A stretch of DNA of 64,000 nucleotides from Octopus sinensis (Eukaryota): assembly GCF_006345805.1 (NCBI RefSeq), contig NC_042998.1:57660001-57724000 (forward strand). The letters run 5' to 3'. Of this stretch, positions 29,009 through 41,169 are shown piece after piece. Below the pieces are notes generated by a model. The model saw only the letters and a list, made by a program, of their open reading frames with translations. It had not been told where the DNA came from and searched no databases. How positions within the stretch are numbered: the stretch's first letter is position 1; every line of letters begins with the position of its first letter. The position numbers and the translations under genes are program-made.

Positions 29009-29506
29009 CAAAATTAAGAGGAATGACCACTAAAATGGACACCTAAAATACTAAACAAAGACGTCAAATCGCCATTACCACGAAGAGTGTGTCCTCAAGA
29101 AATATCTTAGCAAGACGCCAAAACGTAAAAATGAGCAAGGCAAATGGAGATATACGAAATAAAAAAACGATTACCTACGTAATGGTTTCACTTGTTAATA
29201 TCTACGTATGTAAACACGCAGATATCTGCAAGTTCGTCAACGTAGTCTGTCGCTTACAAAATACAGGTCTACATTTTATGTCTGGGTGTATTTTTGAAAT
29301 GTCTTCACTTTGGCGCGCTGAGACCGGAAATTACTCTGCAGTTAATAAATTCCAGCAGCCAATTTACCGGTTGGAGAACATTTTTATTTAAAATTAAATA
29401 ATAAGGTTAGAAATTGATATTAATAAATTAAAACCAATGGCTTAGCATATTTAAATATGTTTAAAATATTAGGTGTCCACTTTAGGGGTCATTCCTCATA
29501 ATTTTG
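29009..29506. mobile_element. 498-bp MITE with ~40-bp TIRs and TA TSD (Tc1/mariner superfamily)
   Basis: TA|CAAAATTAAGAGGAATGACCACTAAAATGGACACCTAA ... TTAGGTGTCCACTTTAGGGGTCATTCCTCATAATTTTG|TA. Confidence 0.85.
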
Positions 29507-29589
29507 TAGTTGACACAAATTTTAATCTTCGGATTTTTTAAATATGCTAAGCCACTGGTTTTAATTAATATAAATTTCTACACTTATTA

Positions 29590-29639
<50 letters not shown>

Positions 29640-29644
29640 GCACA

Positions 29645-29708
<64 letters not shown>

Positions 29709-30159
29709 GTTCACATTTTGAAAACTCACGTATATCAAACAACCAAAGAGTAATAAACAAGTAGACATTGATCCATTTACGTGTGAGTGTTTATATGTGT
29801 GTGTGTGTGTGTGTGTGTTGTGTGTATGTGTGAGCGTTGTGAGTGATTAGAGGGAAACTTGGCTCCTAATTCTTGCTGTTCGTGCAACCACGCAAATGTC
29901 ACTCAGCGACTCATTGAAATGGAAGTGATTCAAAATGATTTAAAATATCCTTTACAAGAGAAATTATCGAACGGAACCATTGATCCACGATATTCCTGCC
30001 ACACTCTGAAACCATCTTTCATCGGTTTAACCTGAAGAATTTCTTCATTTTTGTTTTCATGACTCTTCTGGCGATTCTAGAAGTTATTCCAGGAGTCTAT
30101 GTGGTGACTGAGGAATCACGGTTTTTACACTTGTAATATTGTTTTCTTATATTTATATT

Positions 30160-30563
30160 CTTTTATGCTTTTACTTGTTTCAGTTATTTGACAGCGGCTA
30201 TGCTGGAGCACCGACCGCCTTTAGTCGAACAAATCAACCCCAGGGCTCATTCTTTGTAAGCCTAGTACTTATTCTATCGGTTTTTGTTGCCGAACCGCTA
30301 AGTTACGGGAACATAAACACAGCAACATCGATTGACAAGCGATGGGGAGGGGGGCAAACACAGACATAGACACAGATACACGCTCACACATATACATATA
30401 GGATGGGTTTCTTTCAGTTTCCTTTAACCAAATCCATTAACAAGGCTTTGGTCGACTCGAGGCTATAGTAGAAGACACTAGCCCAAGGTTTGGCGCACTG
30501 AAACTGAAGCCAGAACCATTTGGTTGGCAAGTAAGCTTCTTATCACACAGCCTCTCCTGCGCC
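30160..30563 (-). mobile_element. Full-length SINE family A
   Basis: Both arms present, ending CCTGCGCC. Confidence 0.85.
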
Positions 30564-30699
30564 TAATAAATATACAATTCATCCGGAATTAGAGTTTCAG
30601 TCGTTCTTGTTGACCCAAACATTCCCCTGGTACTCAGAAAGTAAAAAGACTTAAAAAAGTATGACAGCATTTTGTCCTATACTTTACCATACTTACAAC

Positions 30700-30890
30700 A
30701 TTGATTTCAAATTTTAGCACGAGGCTAGTAGATTCTGGTAAGAGGTTAAGTAGATTTCCTGGATCACAGTACTCAACTGATACTTATGTTATCGACTCCA
30801 AACGGAATTTGAAGTCAGAACCTGAAGACGGACGAAATGCCGCTAAGTATTTTGCTCAGACTGGTAACGACTATACCAGATCGCCGCCTT
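30700..30890 (-). mobile_element. SINE family C, internally deleted
   Basis: CTCAACTGATACTTATGTTATCGAC and GGAATTTGAAGTCAGAAC...GACGGACGAAATGCCGCTAAG. Confidence 0.7.
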
Positions 30891-31428
30891 GCCATACTTA
30901 TAATATCAATTTCTATTAAAGGCGCAAAACCACATGTTTTGCAGAAGATTTAGTCAGTTAAGTTGCCCCAGTATTTGGCCTGTACTTTACTCTATTGTGA
31001 AGTTGATGTCAGCGAAATTTAATCTCGGCCGTAAGACATTTAGTTCTCCGCATTATGCAAATTTTAATATAATGATCAATTGTCATCTCTATGATCACCG
31101 AAAGCATAAGTGATTTTTAAAAAAATAATGAGTACTTTGGTATGTTAACTCTTTTATTTCTCTAGAAGTCTTTGCAGCTCTTACCAAAGAAAAATGCTAT
31201 GCAAAATCGAACCAACGAGGAATCACATGTGTATAGTGAACAGTAGAAACGGAAGACATTTGATGTGTATCAGCATGAGAAATAGTGATACAAATATTTT
31301 AAACGGTGTTCTATATGCGTGTGTGTGTGTGTGTGTGTGTGTGTTGTGAGTATGAAGAGAAGCTAAATATTAACGAAACTCATCCTGGGAAAGAGGATAT
31401 TCGACTCCAGGCGACAAATCTTTATCAA

Positions 31429-32157
31429 ATCTTGGATCTTTATGGGTTTTTATCACTGTTTACAATTATATTTTTAAAAATATTTTTAATGCATCATATA
31501 GGTGTAATTTTTGACGCTGAATCCGAATTTGTTACTCATTTATTCCAGAAAAAAATTGTGATCAAAATTTGATAATTTTCAGAATTTTCGGCCAATCCCC
31601 AAAACAGCGAGTCCACTGCCTCTTCCATCATCGGAAAGAGTGGGGTGGGGGTATCGGCATGTCAAAACATTGCTAGAAATAACAATCAAAACGTTAAAAT
31701 ATACACGAGCAAAGTTAACATTAAAACATCCGCGAGTAAATTAAATATTTAAAAGCTATGGTAAAAACAAACCAACAGGAGTTGCTAGAAATAACAGTCG
31801 AAACATTGTTTAAAACAGACGTTTATTAGTTTTAAAAATTCAAAAATGAAAGTTTGCAAAACACTGTAGGATTTTATAAAATAAATTACCTTTCTCGTAT
31901 CTCCTCTTCCTTGTGCATCTTTGGTTAGTATGGAAACAGAATTTTTCGCCACGGTGATGTGTAAAATACTCGCTTCTGATTGGCTAAAATACCCAAATTT
32001 TGCAAAGTTTAAAAACCAATAACTTTTTAATTGTGAATTTATAGGGAAAATGAATTTTATTTTCATAATTAGTATACAAAACATAATCAATGTACGAAAT
32101 TTGAAAACATTTGAAGTACAATTGTAAATAGTGACGAAAACCACCAAGACCCCAGAT
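31429..32157. mobile_element. Non-autonomous TIR element (~730 bp)
   Basis: Left end ATCTTGGATCTTTATGGGTTTTTATCACTGTTTACAATT versus the reverse complement of the right end ATCTGGGGTCTTGGTGGTTTTCGTCACTATTTACAATT. Superfamily not determined. Confidence 0.6.
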
Positions 32158-34513
32158 CTTCCCAACCCTCCTAAAAATGAATAACGCGTTGACTACTCTC
32201 ATTCTGTGTACATCATGTCTGTGGTCCATTGCTATGAAGCTGGAGGAACCAGATTACCAGATACATTTGGGCTAAAAGCAAGCAGGATAGTCACAAATGA
32301 AATGCTTATGTTCATAAGTCTTCTCAACCAAATCAGACTTGAGGTTACAAACAAGAAAACTTCAGTGAAATCTTATTGTCTACAGAGAATAGTTTGGTGA
32401 TTTTGTATTTTGAGATACGTAAATTAAAGCTCCAACAGCAACAACAAAAGAAAATTATAATTATATAAATACAGAAAACTACCAAAAATATTTAAGGATG
32501 ACGTGAAACTTTTGGCAATGAACGAATATAAAAGAAACTACTTAAAGCAAGAATTATAAAGGGGTTTCAAGGAATTTGTGATGGAATTCACAATATACAT
32601 TTGTGGAGTTTTGATAATAATACAGAAACAATTTGTACAACAAAATATGTATTTCCCTAATAACAAAGTAATATAAAATTCAGGACGAAAAATATAGACG
32701 AACGTGATAGAATCGTACAACATAGGAAGAGATAACATGAAAAATTAATATAATAAGTCGGAAACTAGACTCAAATCGAAGATAAATCATAACAATATGA
32801 ATTTGAACATTCAATATTAACAGCCACTGAACATGAAAACAGAAGAGATGTATATTATTTTGTCGCAAGAGAAAGAGTAGAGACTGTCATTTTTAGTGAA
32901 CATTCTGGTTAGTAATTATTCTGTTTTAAGATATAGCGTCAAATTCTGAAAATGGAATAAATGGAAGCGAGAAAGCAATGGTTAAGTGTGGAAGATTACA
33001 ACTCGCAAATTTTGTGAATAAAGTTTATCTAATCTATCTACTTATTGAGAGTTAGATCTGATCAATTGCCTACTTTGACAAACTGATTATTTCGACAGTA
33101 TGATTAGCAGAGCTTCTGGTCTGAAAGCTTTCAGTTTGTTTAAGAAAAATCTCTTTAGAACATCGGGCTTTTTCCACTGTAATAAGCCCACAGGCCGTAA
33201 TTTCTTGATTATACAACAGTAATCTCAGAGACCCAGCAAAAGTTACGGATACTGCACTTATTTTCCAAACTAACCAGTAATAAAATAAAATTATGGATAA
33301 TACACGAGTTAGAAGCAGTACAACACTAGCATTTATGACAGGGCTTTCGTTGGTTTACGGAGGCAAGTGATACCGATGAAGTTACTATTCCTTTGAGCAA
33401 TTTTGAAGCTGCAGAAAAAAGTTTCAGAAGGATGTCAGTATGGATATAAAAGAATGAGGAATAATGTTAATGCAAAGCCTGGTAGTCAAGGGTGGATAGA
33501 ATTTGGGCTACGGGAAGAGATACAAGTGAGTTGGGAGGGCTTGAAGGGAGGTAACACTGGATCAGTTAACCGTGGAATGGAAGAGGCAGCTGACATAGTT
33601 CAAAGGTTAAAGTGAAGAGACAGCATATCACTGAGGTGAAGAATGGAGTATGTAAGCAAGGGAGGATCAGTTATATGACTTTTTTTCTGTCTTTCTGCTT
33701 TTTAGAGGATATGTCGTTGAAGACATTTGCATGTAGAACAGCAGCAGAATCCCAGAGATGCATCTATCTTGATCTTTGTTGGAAGTTTGAAGCATGAAAT
33801 GCTGGGGATATAAGAAGCAATGTATCTAGGAGAGAGTTTTAGGAGAAAAAAAGATTCTTTTTATCTTTGCCTTTCATCTATCAGGAATCAATAAAATGCG
33901 TACCTGTTATTTAGTGAATCAAAACGATAGTGCCTTCCACTTTCAAAATTGGTTTTGGCTTTGCACCAATTTAAAACATAAATATTCGAAAGACAAACTG
34001 ACATTGTACACTATGAGGAAATAATATAGAGCAGAAATAAGATCCATGCAAGTATATCGCGAACTTGATTTGAAAAGTAATAAATCATGTTAATAAGTAA
34101 AACGAATACAAACAAGTTAAACTAAAGATCAAAGACTTGAAAGAAACATCAGCTAAGAAATAGTCATTTTCCCAAATGACTGCACAAATCGGATTAGGAA
34201 AAGGAGCAAATGCATCTTTAGACGAATAGGTTATCCGTAGGAAGACCAAAAACAAAGAAAAGAAAAAAAGAAATAGAAGTTTTGGATCAAACTGATAAAT
34301 AACTGGTAAAAGGATTTCTTTTGATGGTAGACTTAATCCGCTACACGGATTAACACCCCCACCTGACCCATGAGTGACTTTAACGGCGTCCACTCCGTTG
34401 CATGTATTCGGAGCTGGGATTCGTTCTCAGAACAGCTTCCTCTCTCTTTCTTATCTGTCTCAGATAACCTGAAAATGATCATGGAGGTTACTGAGAAAAA
34501 ATTTGAGATAGAT

Positions 34514-34588
<75 letters not shown>

Positions 34589-35379
34589 GTGTATATGTGG
34601 GGAGAGAAATGTGTAATGGTTCAGGTGTCTGATGGGTAAATACGAATATAGATGTGCATAATTAAGTACAGGAATAATGATAGCATTTTATGGGCTTGTA
34701 TTTCAAGTCTTGAATATTAGAAATTGTAGACTACAGAAATATATTGCCTCTTTTGAAAACATTTACAGTGTTATCCTTACGATGGGTGTCTGCAGAAAAT
34801 CATGGTTATGTACAGCCTGAGTTACACAAACGGACACACTGGGGGGGGGGGAGAAAACGAGTTTAGCTGTTGAGTAAGTCGGGGAGAAAAACAAACAAAC
34901 ACTACAAGGCAACATACTAAAGCTTGTGGTAATTTGTGTACCAAAACAATATAAGGTGGTAATGGACAATCTTTGTAAACACAATCACGGTAAAATGGAA
35001 TATAAAGCTGTAATAGACAACCTCTGTAAGCACAATCACAAAAAGGACAGACAGAACGAAAGAAAGAAAGAAAGAATGAAGGAAAAAAGAAAGTAATACA
35101 AATAGATAAATGTGGGTGCTGTAAAACAAAACTGCGAGTCAATGGCTTAATTTGTCTTTAACGTTGTTGATATGGAAATTATAAGAAAAAAAAAACCCGG
35201 AGTAAATCAAAGTTAGCTTTACTTCGTTGTCAACTACATATCTTCAAACATGGAAGCTGTATTTACAAATGGAAAGACTTATCATGAGAATTAATATCAA
35301 TGAAGTAATGTGCAGAAGAAAATGTAATACTGAAACAAAGAAGCAGATCGATCAGCTTTATTTTTGTTTTCTTTATCAG

Positions 35380-35505
35380 AGGAGAAAGTGGCGCCCATGA
35401 CCCTTCACAGAGCCTCTGAGACAAAAGAGCGGGAACAAAGATACTCCCGAGATGGAAAACTGACTCGAATGCTAGCAACAGAATACTTGGTTAAAAATAC
35501 CCAAG
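35380..35505 (+). other. Candidate 126-bp internal exon, unverified
   Basis: Long pyrimidine tract plus CAG at 35379, one open frame (EKVAPMTLHRASETKEREQRYSRDGKLTRMLATEYLVKNTQ), and a weak AAG|GTGTGT donor. No recognisable homology. Confidence 0.2.
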
Positions 35506-36159
35506 GTGTGTAGGGATGATTTTGTAAAACCAGGAGACGAATTAAGTCTTCTGGGAAGTAGACTGTGAAAGGATTTGCACACAGAACACATAAAAAACAG
35601 AACAAATGCTACAAGACATCCAGTCCGAAGTCCTTATATTCGAGTGATTTTAGAGAACAACGGGAGACCCTTTACGCTGTCAGTTGACCAACTACAAATC
35701 CCAGCCAGAAAATTCCTCAAATCATACCGTATTGCCTTGAAATGGTGACAGACGTTTGCAAAACACTGTAGGATTTTATAAAATAAATTACCTTTCTCGT
35801 ATCTCTTCTTCCATTCTAGTTGTAGAATGGAATGGCAGTCGAGATTATTCACAAGCGGCAGGATTTCTAACGTATAAAATGATAATAAAGACATGTCATA
35901 ATAATTTCTTTATTAAGCACAAGGGTTTACATGAAGACAAACATTATGGACAGTACAGAACTAACCAAAATATGTGTGTGTGTATGTATGTGAGTGTGTG
36001 AAGTCGTGAGGGCTTTGCGTGTAAACAAGACTAATAAAATTAAGAAAACAAAGAAGATATGTAATAATGATAATAAAGGCATAATAATAAAGATATAAAA
36101 TAGGCGTCGTTAGATTAAAAGAGAAATTCGCATAAATATAATCAAGCATAGCTAGCTGT

Positions 36160-36387
36160 GTGTTTGGGACTCGCTTTGCAGCCACGTTGCTTGGCGTTCA
36201 GTCTTATTTAGTGGAACATCGGAAAAGTGTCTTCTACGATAGCCTCGAGTAGAGCAGTGCCCTGTGAGTGGAACTGCGTAGAAGCCCGTATATACCTTCG
36301 TACGTGTGTCACTTTGTGTCTGTGTTTGTCTACCCAACACCGCTGGATAACTGTTATTGATTTGCTTATTTCCCGCAACTTAACGGA
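36160..36387 (+). mobile_element. SINE family A, degraded and 3' truncated by a PLE tail
   Basis: AAGTGTCTTCTACGATAGCCTCG, AGAAGCCCGT and GTCTGTGTTTGTC. Confidence 0.65.
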
Positions 36388-36389
36388 TC

Positions 36390-36553
36390 CCTTGCTTGGA
36401 TCTTTTCTTATCCAATGTTTCTGACCAAGTGCTCCGCTCCAAACATTAAATTCTCCTTCTTTCTTTCCTTTCCTGACCGTCCAATAACATTATACTTGTT
36501 CCACGTCCTCGCGTTGTGTTTTCTCTTTGTGTTTTCATGTTTGGATTAACTAT
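36390..36553 (+). mobile_element. PLE pLTR fragment with a degenerate hammerhead (36417-36451)
   Basis: GTTT-CTGACCA-A-GTGC(TCC)GCTC-CAAA-CAT-T-AAAT followed by the tail TTGTTCCACGTCCTCGCGTTGTG...TTTGGATTAACT, homologous to 48300-48455. Confidence 0.7.
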
Positions 36554-36652
<99 letters not shown>

Positions 36653-36933
36653 GAATGCCTTGCCACGATTGTCGCATGTAATGTGCCGTGTTGTTTGTTG
36701 GTCAGTAGCAAATAACGTTATAAATAAATACGTATCACAAATTGGAAGGATTGCTTTTTTGCCAGTAACCAGAATGCACTTCGGATAAGTCTTCTTCATA
36801 GTTTTACAGCACGATTAATGTTGCTTCAGTAAAATGGTTGCTCATACATACATATGGATAATATATGAATAGTACTGCATACATACATACATACATACAT
36901 AAATACATACATACATACATACATGCATTCATG

Positions 36934-36971
<38 letters not shown>

Positions 36972-37007
36972 AATCTCTGAGCGAGGTATACACAGTAGCT
37001 GCACGAC

Positions 37008-37333
37008 ATCGTGAAGTATATTTGCCACTTCAATGCGGCTAACCCTTAAGGGTGGATGCTACTGTAGCTTGTAGCCCCAGCATGACACTTCCTCCAGCAC
37101 TTCACATCGACAACTGGTGATTGTCACACGCTGATGACGGGTTAATACCCAAAAACCCGGGTCCGTATGTATAACGTTGAGTGAAGGTAAGAAGGATGAC
37201 TTCCCTTTGCAAATACTGATAGGGCACAGAAAGTGTGCCAATATCCAGCTGGAGGAGGTGTCTTCCTGGGCTACAAACTACAGTAGCATCCACCCTTAAG
37301 GGTTAGCCACATTTAAGTGGCAAATATACTTCA

Positions 37334-37337
<4 letters not shown>
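37008..37337 (+). mobile_element. 330-bp non-coding element with ~90-bp inverted arms and a central hammerhead
   Basis: Arms 37008-37098 and 37248-37337 differ at about 7 positions. No TSD; the right end abuts (TA)n. Confidence 0.85.
37125..37169 (+). ncRNA. Type I hammerhead ribozyme motif (G12 lost in this copy)
   Basis: CACACG-CTGATGA-C-GGGT(TAAT)ACCC-AAAAA-CCCGGG-TC-CGTATG. Helix I pairs 5/6, helix II has 4 bp, helix III is the palindrome ACCCGGGT, and the cleavage triplet is GUC. The GAAA box reads AAAA. Confidence 0.75.
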
Positions 37338-37375
<38 letters not shown>

Positions 37376-37378
<3 letters not shown>

Positions 37379-38198
37379 AATGTACATTTAAACACAGGAG
37401 AAGTTCCCTTTAACAGGAAGATTTACACGCTAGAAGAAGCAGTCAAAAAGACCAAAACCATGTTTAAGTGTAATTTCGAAGGGAGAATTTACAGTTAACA
37501 TGGAAAATTCAATAAACAGTTACCAGCGTAGCAAAGATCACGGAAGTAACAAGGATGTAGCGACCTATTCAAAGGTAGAAACTCCGGGTTAATGTGCAGT
37601 AATTTGTATAGTATAAGTAAATAAATGGAGTAGAACGCAGGTATTATTCAAATTCTTTGTAACATTTGCAACTCTGAACACTTCCATATTGTCTTCTCTA
37701 AGAATCACCTTGTTAGCACACTTATAGAGCGATCTTACAAATGTAAGCCCTGGGAGAAACATACATTTAGCTCATATAAGTGATTTATACCAGTCTTTAT
37801 AGTTTGAACAGTTAGAGTAACTTGCACTTTACTTCAATAGAGAAATCTACTTCCAAGCCTTTGAACGTTTTTTCAACCAATGTATCCCTCTTTATTTGTT
37901 CTCTACTTATTATTTCTTTACCCCTTCTCTTCCTAGGGTCTGCATTTGACGTCAGATCTACTAACGGTTTTTTAAATAATACTTAATAGCGTTCTGTTTA
38001 TCATTTATGCTGTCATCAAAATTGTTATAATGTCTTGTTGTTGAGATAGGTTATCTTTCTTTCCTGATGAGACGATTACATTATTTTACATTCGTTTATT
38101 CCTTTGCAATAAAACCAATGTTGTCTGCGAAGTATATGTCGAAAATAAAAGAATTTGAATAACACTTGCGTTCAACTCCATTTATTTACTTATATACA
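37376..38198. mobile_element. Probable PLE remnant with an inverted partial pLTR
   Basis: 48-bp inverted repeat with 3 mismatches (about 37610-37657 versus 38148-38195). The minus-oriented tail ends at (TA)n at 37375. CTGATGAGAC...GTCGAAA lies at 38064-38144. Confidence 0.45.
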
Positions 38199-38202
38199 TA
38201 CA

Positions 38203-38755
38203 TGGTGGCTGCCCCCTCGTTATCGAGTATGGCGATTGCACGAAGCTCAAGCAATGTTGTTATCGTGCAATGCCTGTGCAAGATTTTTTTTTAAAGTGAG
38301 AAAAGGATGTGCACTGAGTCAATTCCACTCACTAAGCAACACCAGTCATAATCTGAAAAGAAGAACAAGTCAACATCATCGGTAACCACTGAGTCGCAGG
38401 TTTTATGTCGGAGTTATCCCAGTTACCTGAGTTATCTTCTCCTAGAAGGATGCCTTAACAAAGGCTAGGAGTCCTTCACTCCCAATGGTTTAACCGCGCG
38501 ATCGGGTATTCAGTCCGATTATTTCTATGTCCCCGCGCATGATACATCCTTAATACATTTATTGGATGGCCGTTGACTCTCAAGAGTTCCTCCGCCCTTT
38601 GACTGGTTTTGTTTTTCTTCCCGCAGGGTGTCCAATAAACACCCTCCTCACCAAGCAAGCTTGGTGGGGTTGCCGATTTAGTCGCCGACGACCCGACCAT
38701 GCAACAGGCTGAACTGGGTTACATGTTACCAGTAGCACTCGAAAGTGACCTGACA
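38203..38755. mobile_element. Unclassified ~555-bp interspersed element, copy 2 (TG...CA ends)
   Basis: Homologous to 8960-9516 with identical boundaries. Confidence 0.75.
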
Positions 38756-38783
38756 TAACATACATACATACATACATAAATAC

Positions 38784-38839
<56 letters not shown>

Positions 38840-38846
38840 TATATAT

Positions 38847-38942
<96 letters not shown>

Positions 38943-39169
38943 TCCAAAGTAATGTTTCCAAAATTGGTTTAATGTTTTCAAGTGATATATAATCCTGATG
39001 GTCTCCGTGTTAACTCTTAGATCGGTTCACATTGCCGGCTAGCCTCAGCGAATGTTGGTGATATTGGAGTTAGTGTTAAGTTACTAGACTCGGTTAATAT
39101 CTTCGCTTGGTAAATTTGAATGTCCTTTCAGGCACTGCATAGTTTCCGTAGAGAAAATAATCCTTTCTT

Positions 39170-39335
39170 CTGTAAACACAAGGCCTGAAATTTTGGGGAA
39201 GGAATTAAGTCGATTACATCGACCTCAAAAGAATGAAAGGCAAAGTCGACCTCGGCGGAATTTGAACGCAAAACAGCGACAGACGAAATGCCACTAAGCA
39301 TTTCGCCCGGCATGCTAACGACTCTGCCAGCAAGG
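39170..39335 (-). mobile_element. SINE family C
   Basis: AAGTCGATTACATCGACC...GAAAGGCAAAGTCGACCTCGGCGGAATTTGAAC...CATTTCGCCCGGCATGCTAACGACTCTGCCAGC. Confidence 0.85.
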
Positions 39336-39344
39336 TTGCTTATG

Positions 39345-39592
39345 GAGGATCACCATTCGCCCATGTACACTAGACTCCCCTCTCCACGCCACCGATATTG
39401 TCCAAGGGAAAGGCAAAGGTCGATACAGCTTGGCGTCAGTGAAGTCGCAACCCGTTTCTACAGCTGCGTGAACTGGAGCAAAATGAAATAAAGTCTCTTG
39501 CTCAAGAACACAACATTCAGCCACGCCCGGGAATCGAACCCACTGCCTCATGATTGTGAACCCAACACTCTAACCCCTGAGCCATTCGCTTT
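39345..39592 (-). mobile_element. SINE family B
   Basis: Reverse-complement homology to 53245-53554, with a B-box-like GGGTTCGATTCCC on the minus strand. Confidence 0.85.
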
Positions 39593-40489
39593 CTTAATAC
39601 ACACACACACACACGCATACACAAACACACACACATATAATAGAGAGAGATAACTAAAATTGCTACAAAAAATTTGGAAGTTTGATTGTTTCCTGAAAAG
39701 CATTGTAGGACGTTAGCATCCAGACATATCCTGAATTAACACAAGGAAATCTATTCTAATACTATATATCATTATAAGAACAACAATAGTAATTTAAAAA
39801 TTGACATTGCAATAGAAAGGTCTACATTATGAGAAACGATTTGAAAAGCAAAGGAATTAGAGTGAATCAGCCATTAACTTAAAGTCATTCAGGCATGCAA
39901 GAAATATGTCCACCGCTTCATTTCTAATTGGAATAATACATAGCTGCTTCAATGAAAGCATGGAGATTTTACTAATAAGTATAGACATTGGCAAGATCCA
40001 GAAAATAATAAACACTAGAGTCTGAAAACGTTGCCAGAACGTGTTTTTGCGCAATCATTAAAACAGAAAAGTTGTAAGTATGCCACCCAAGATTAAACTT
40101 TTAATATATTACATAAGAAAGGAAAATATTGACGTGCTTTTTAAATTATATAAATCATACTATGTGGGACGGGGAGGAAAGATGGTTGCAATTATAAGAA
40201 TTTCCTGTATGGGACTATAGCCAAGAAGTTTCAGAGGAGACATGTTAGTAGATTAAATTGAAACCAAGATGAGATTTTTAGGTATGTAAACTGACGAGGC
40301 TAAATACTATGATATCGTTCAGTTCTCTGCCGTTCTGACTATTCTTGGGAATATATTGATAGAAAGCCGCGACAGGTACTTATTTTACCAACTCATTAGT
40401 AACAAAAGTAACGTAAATAAACGCCCGTTGCATAGTGTTTTGTCCACTACGCTACTGTTTCCACCTAGGCAACACTTATTACGATTCTT

Positions 40490-40694
40490 CGAAGGGGTGC
40501 TGAAAAGATCCTAGCCTTAAGAGTATCGATAAATGTCCAAACTTCCGCGTTCTTTTACCGGGATTAGAAAACCTGAGGGACTACTGCAATAAGTGAGCGA
40601 ATCTGAGGGAAGAATACATTGAACAAAATCATGATTAACTGATCCTACTGCATTTTCTTTTATCCAGAGCCAGGAACTTTTCATCACCACCTCG
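40490..40694 (-). mobile_element. Mariner-type MITE (same family as 28186-28402)
   Basis: CGAAGGGGTGCTGAAAAGATCCTAGCC ... AGCCAGGAACTTTTCATCACCACCTCG|TA. Confidence 0.75.
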
Positions 40695-40769
40695 TAATAA
40701 TATCTTAAACATTGGCGTAGAATTTGATATTTTGGGAAATGGATATAATCGATTGAATTTAACCCTGGT

Positions 40770-41100
40770 ACGTAATTGATATTTCTTTTAACAACTGCAG
40801 AAAAATGACATTGGCAGGATTGCAGCTAAAAGAACCAAAAATCAAATTGAAAAACGATGTAACTAGATCCCACAGAGTATTTAACTGTTTTAGCAATTCT
40901 GTTGATCGAAGAATCACTTCCAGCAGATAGAAATGTATCATTAAAATAAATAGAGCAATTGTCCAGATATAGAGAAATGTAGATGAAAAAACTACAATAT
41001 TGGGAAGACTGAAATTTAAAACCAGCAAGAAGGTGGCTTCAAGACATAAAAATATGATGCAGACGAATATGTATCCGAAACCACAAGAGTTACAAATACA
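40770..41100 (+). mobile_element. Degraded 3' fragment of an R4/Dong-like LINE (restriction-like endonuclease)
   Basis: LLIEESLPADRNVSLK*IEQLSRYRE resembles the LIDVSIPxDxNxxxKExEKLSKY motif. Confidence 0.5.
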
Positions 41101-41124
41101 CATTCACACAAATATATATATGTA

Positions 41125-41167
<43 letters not shown>

Positions 41168-41169
41168 CA

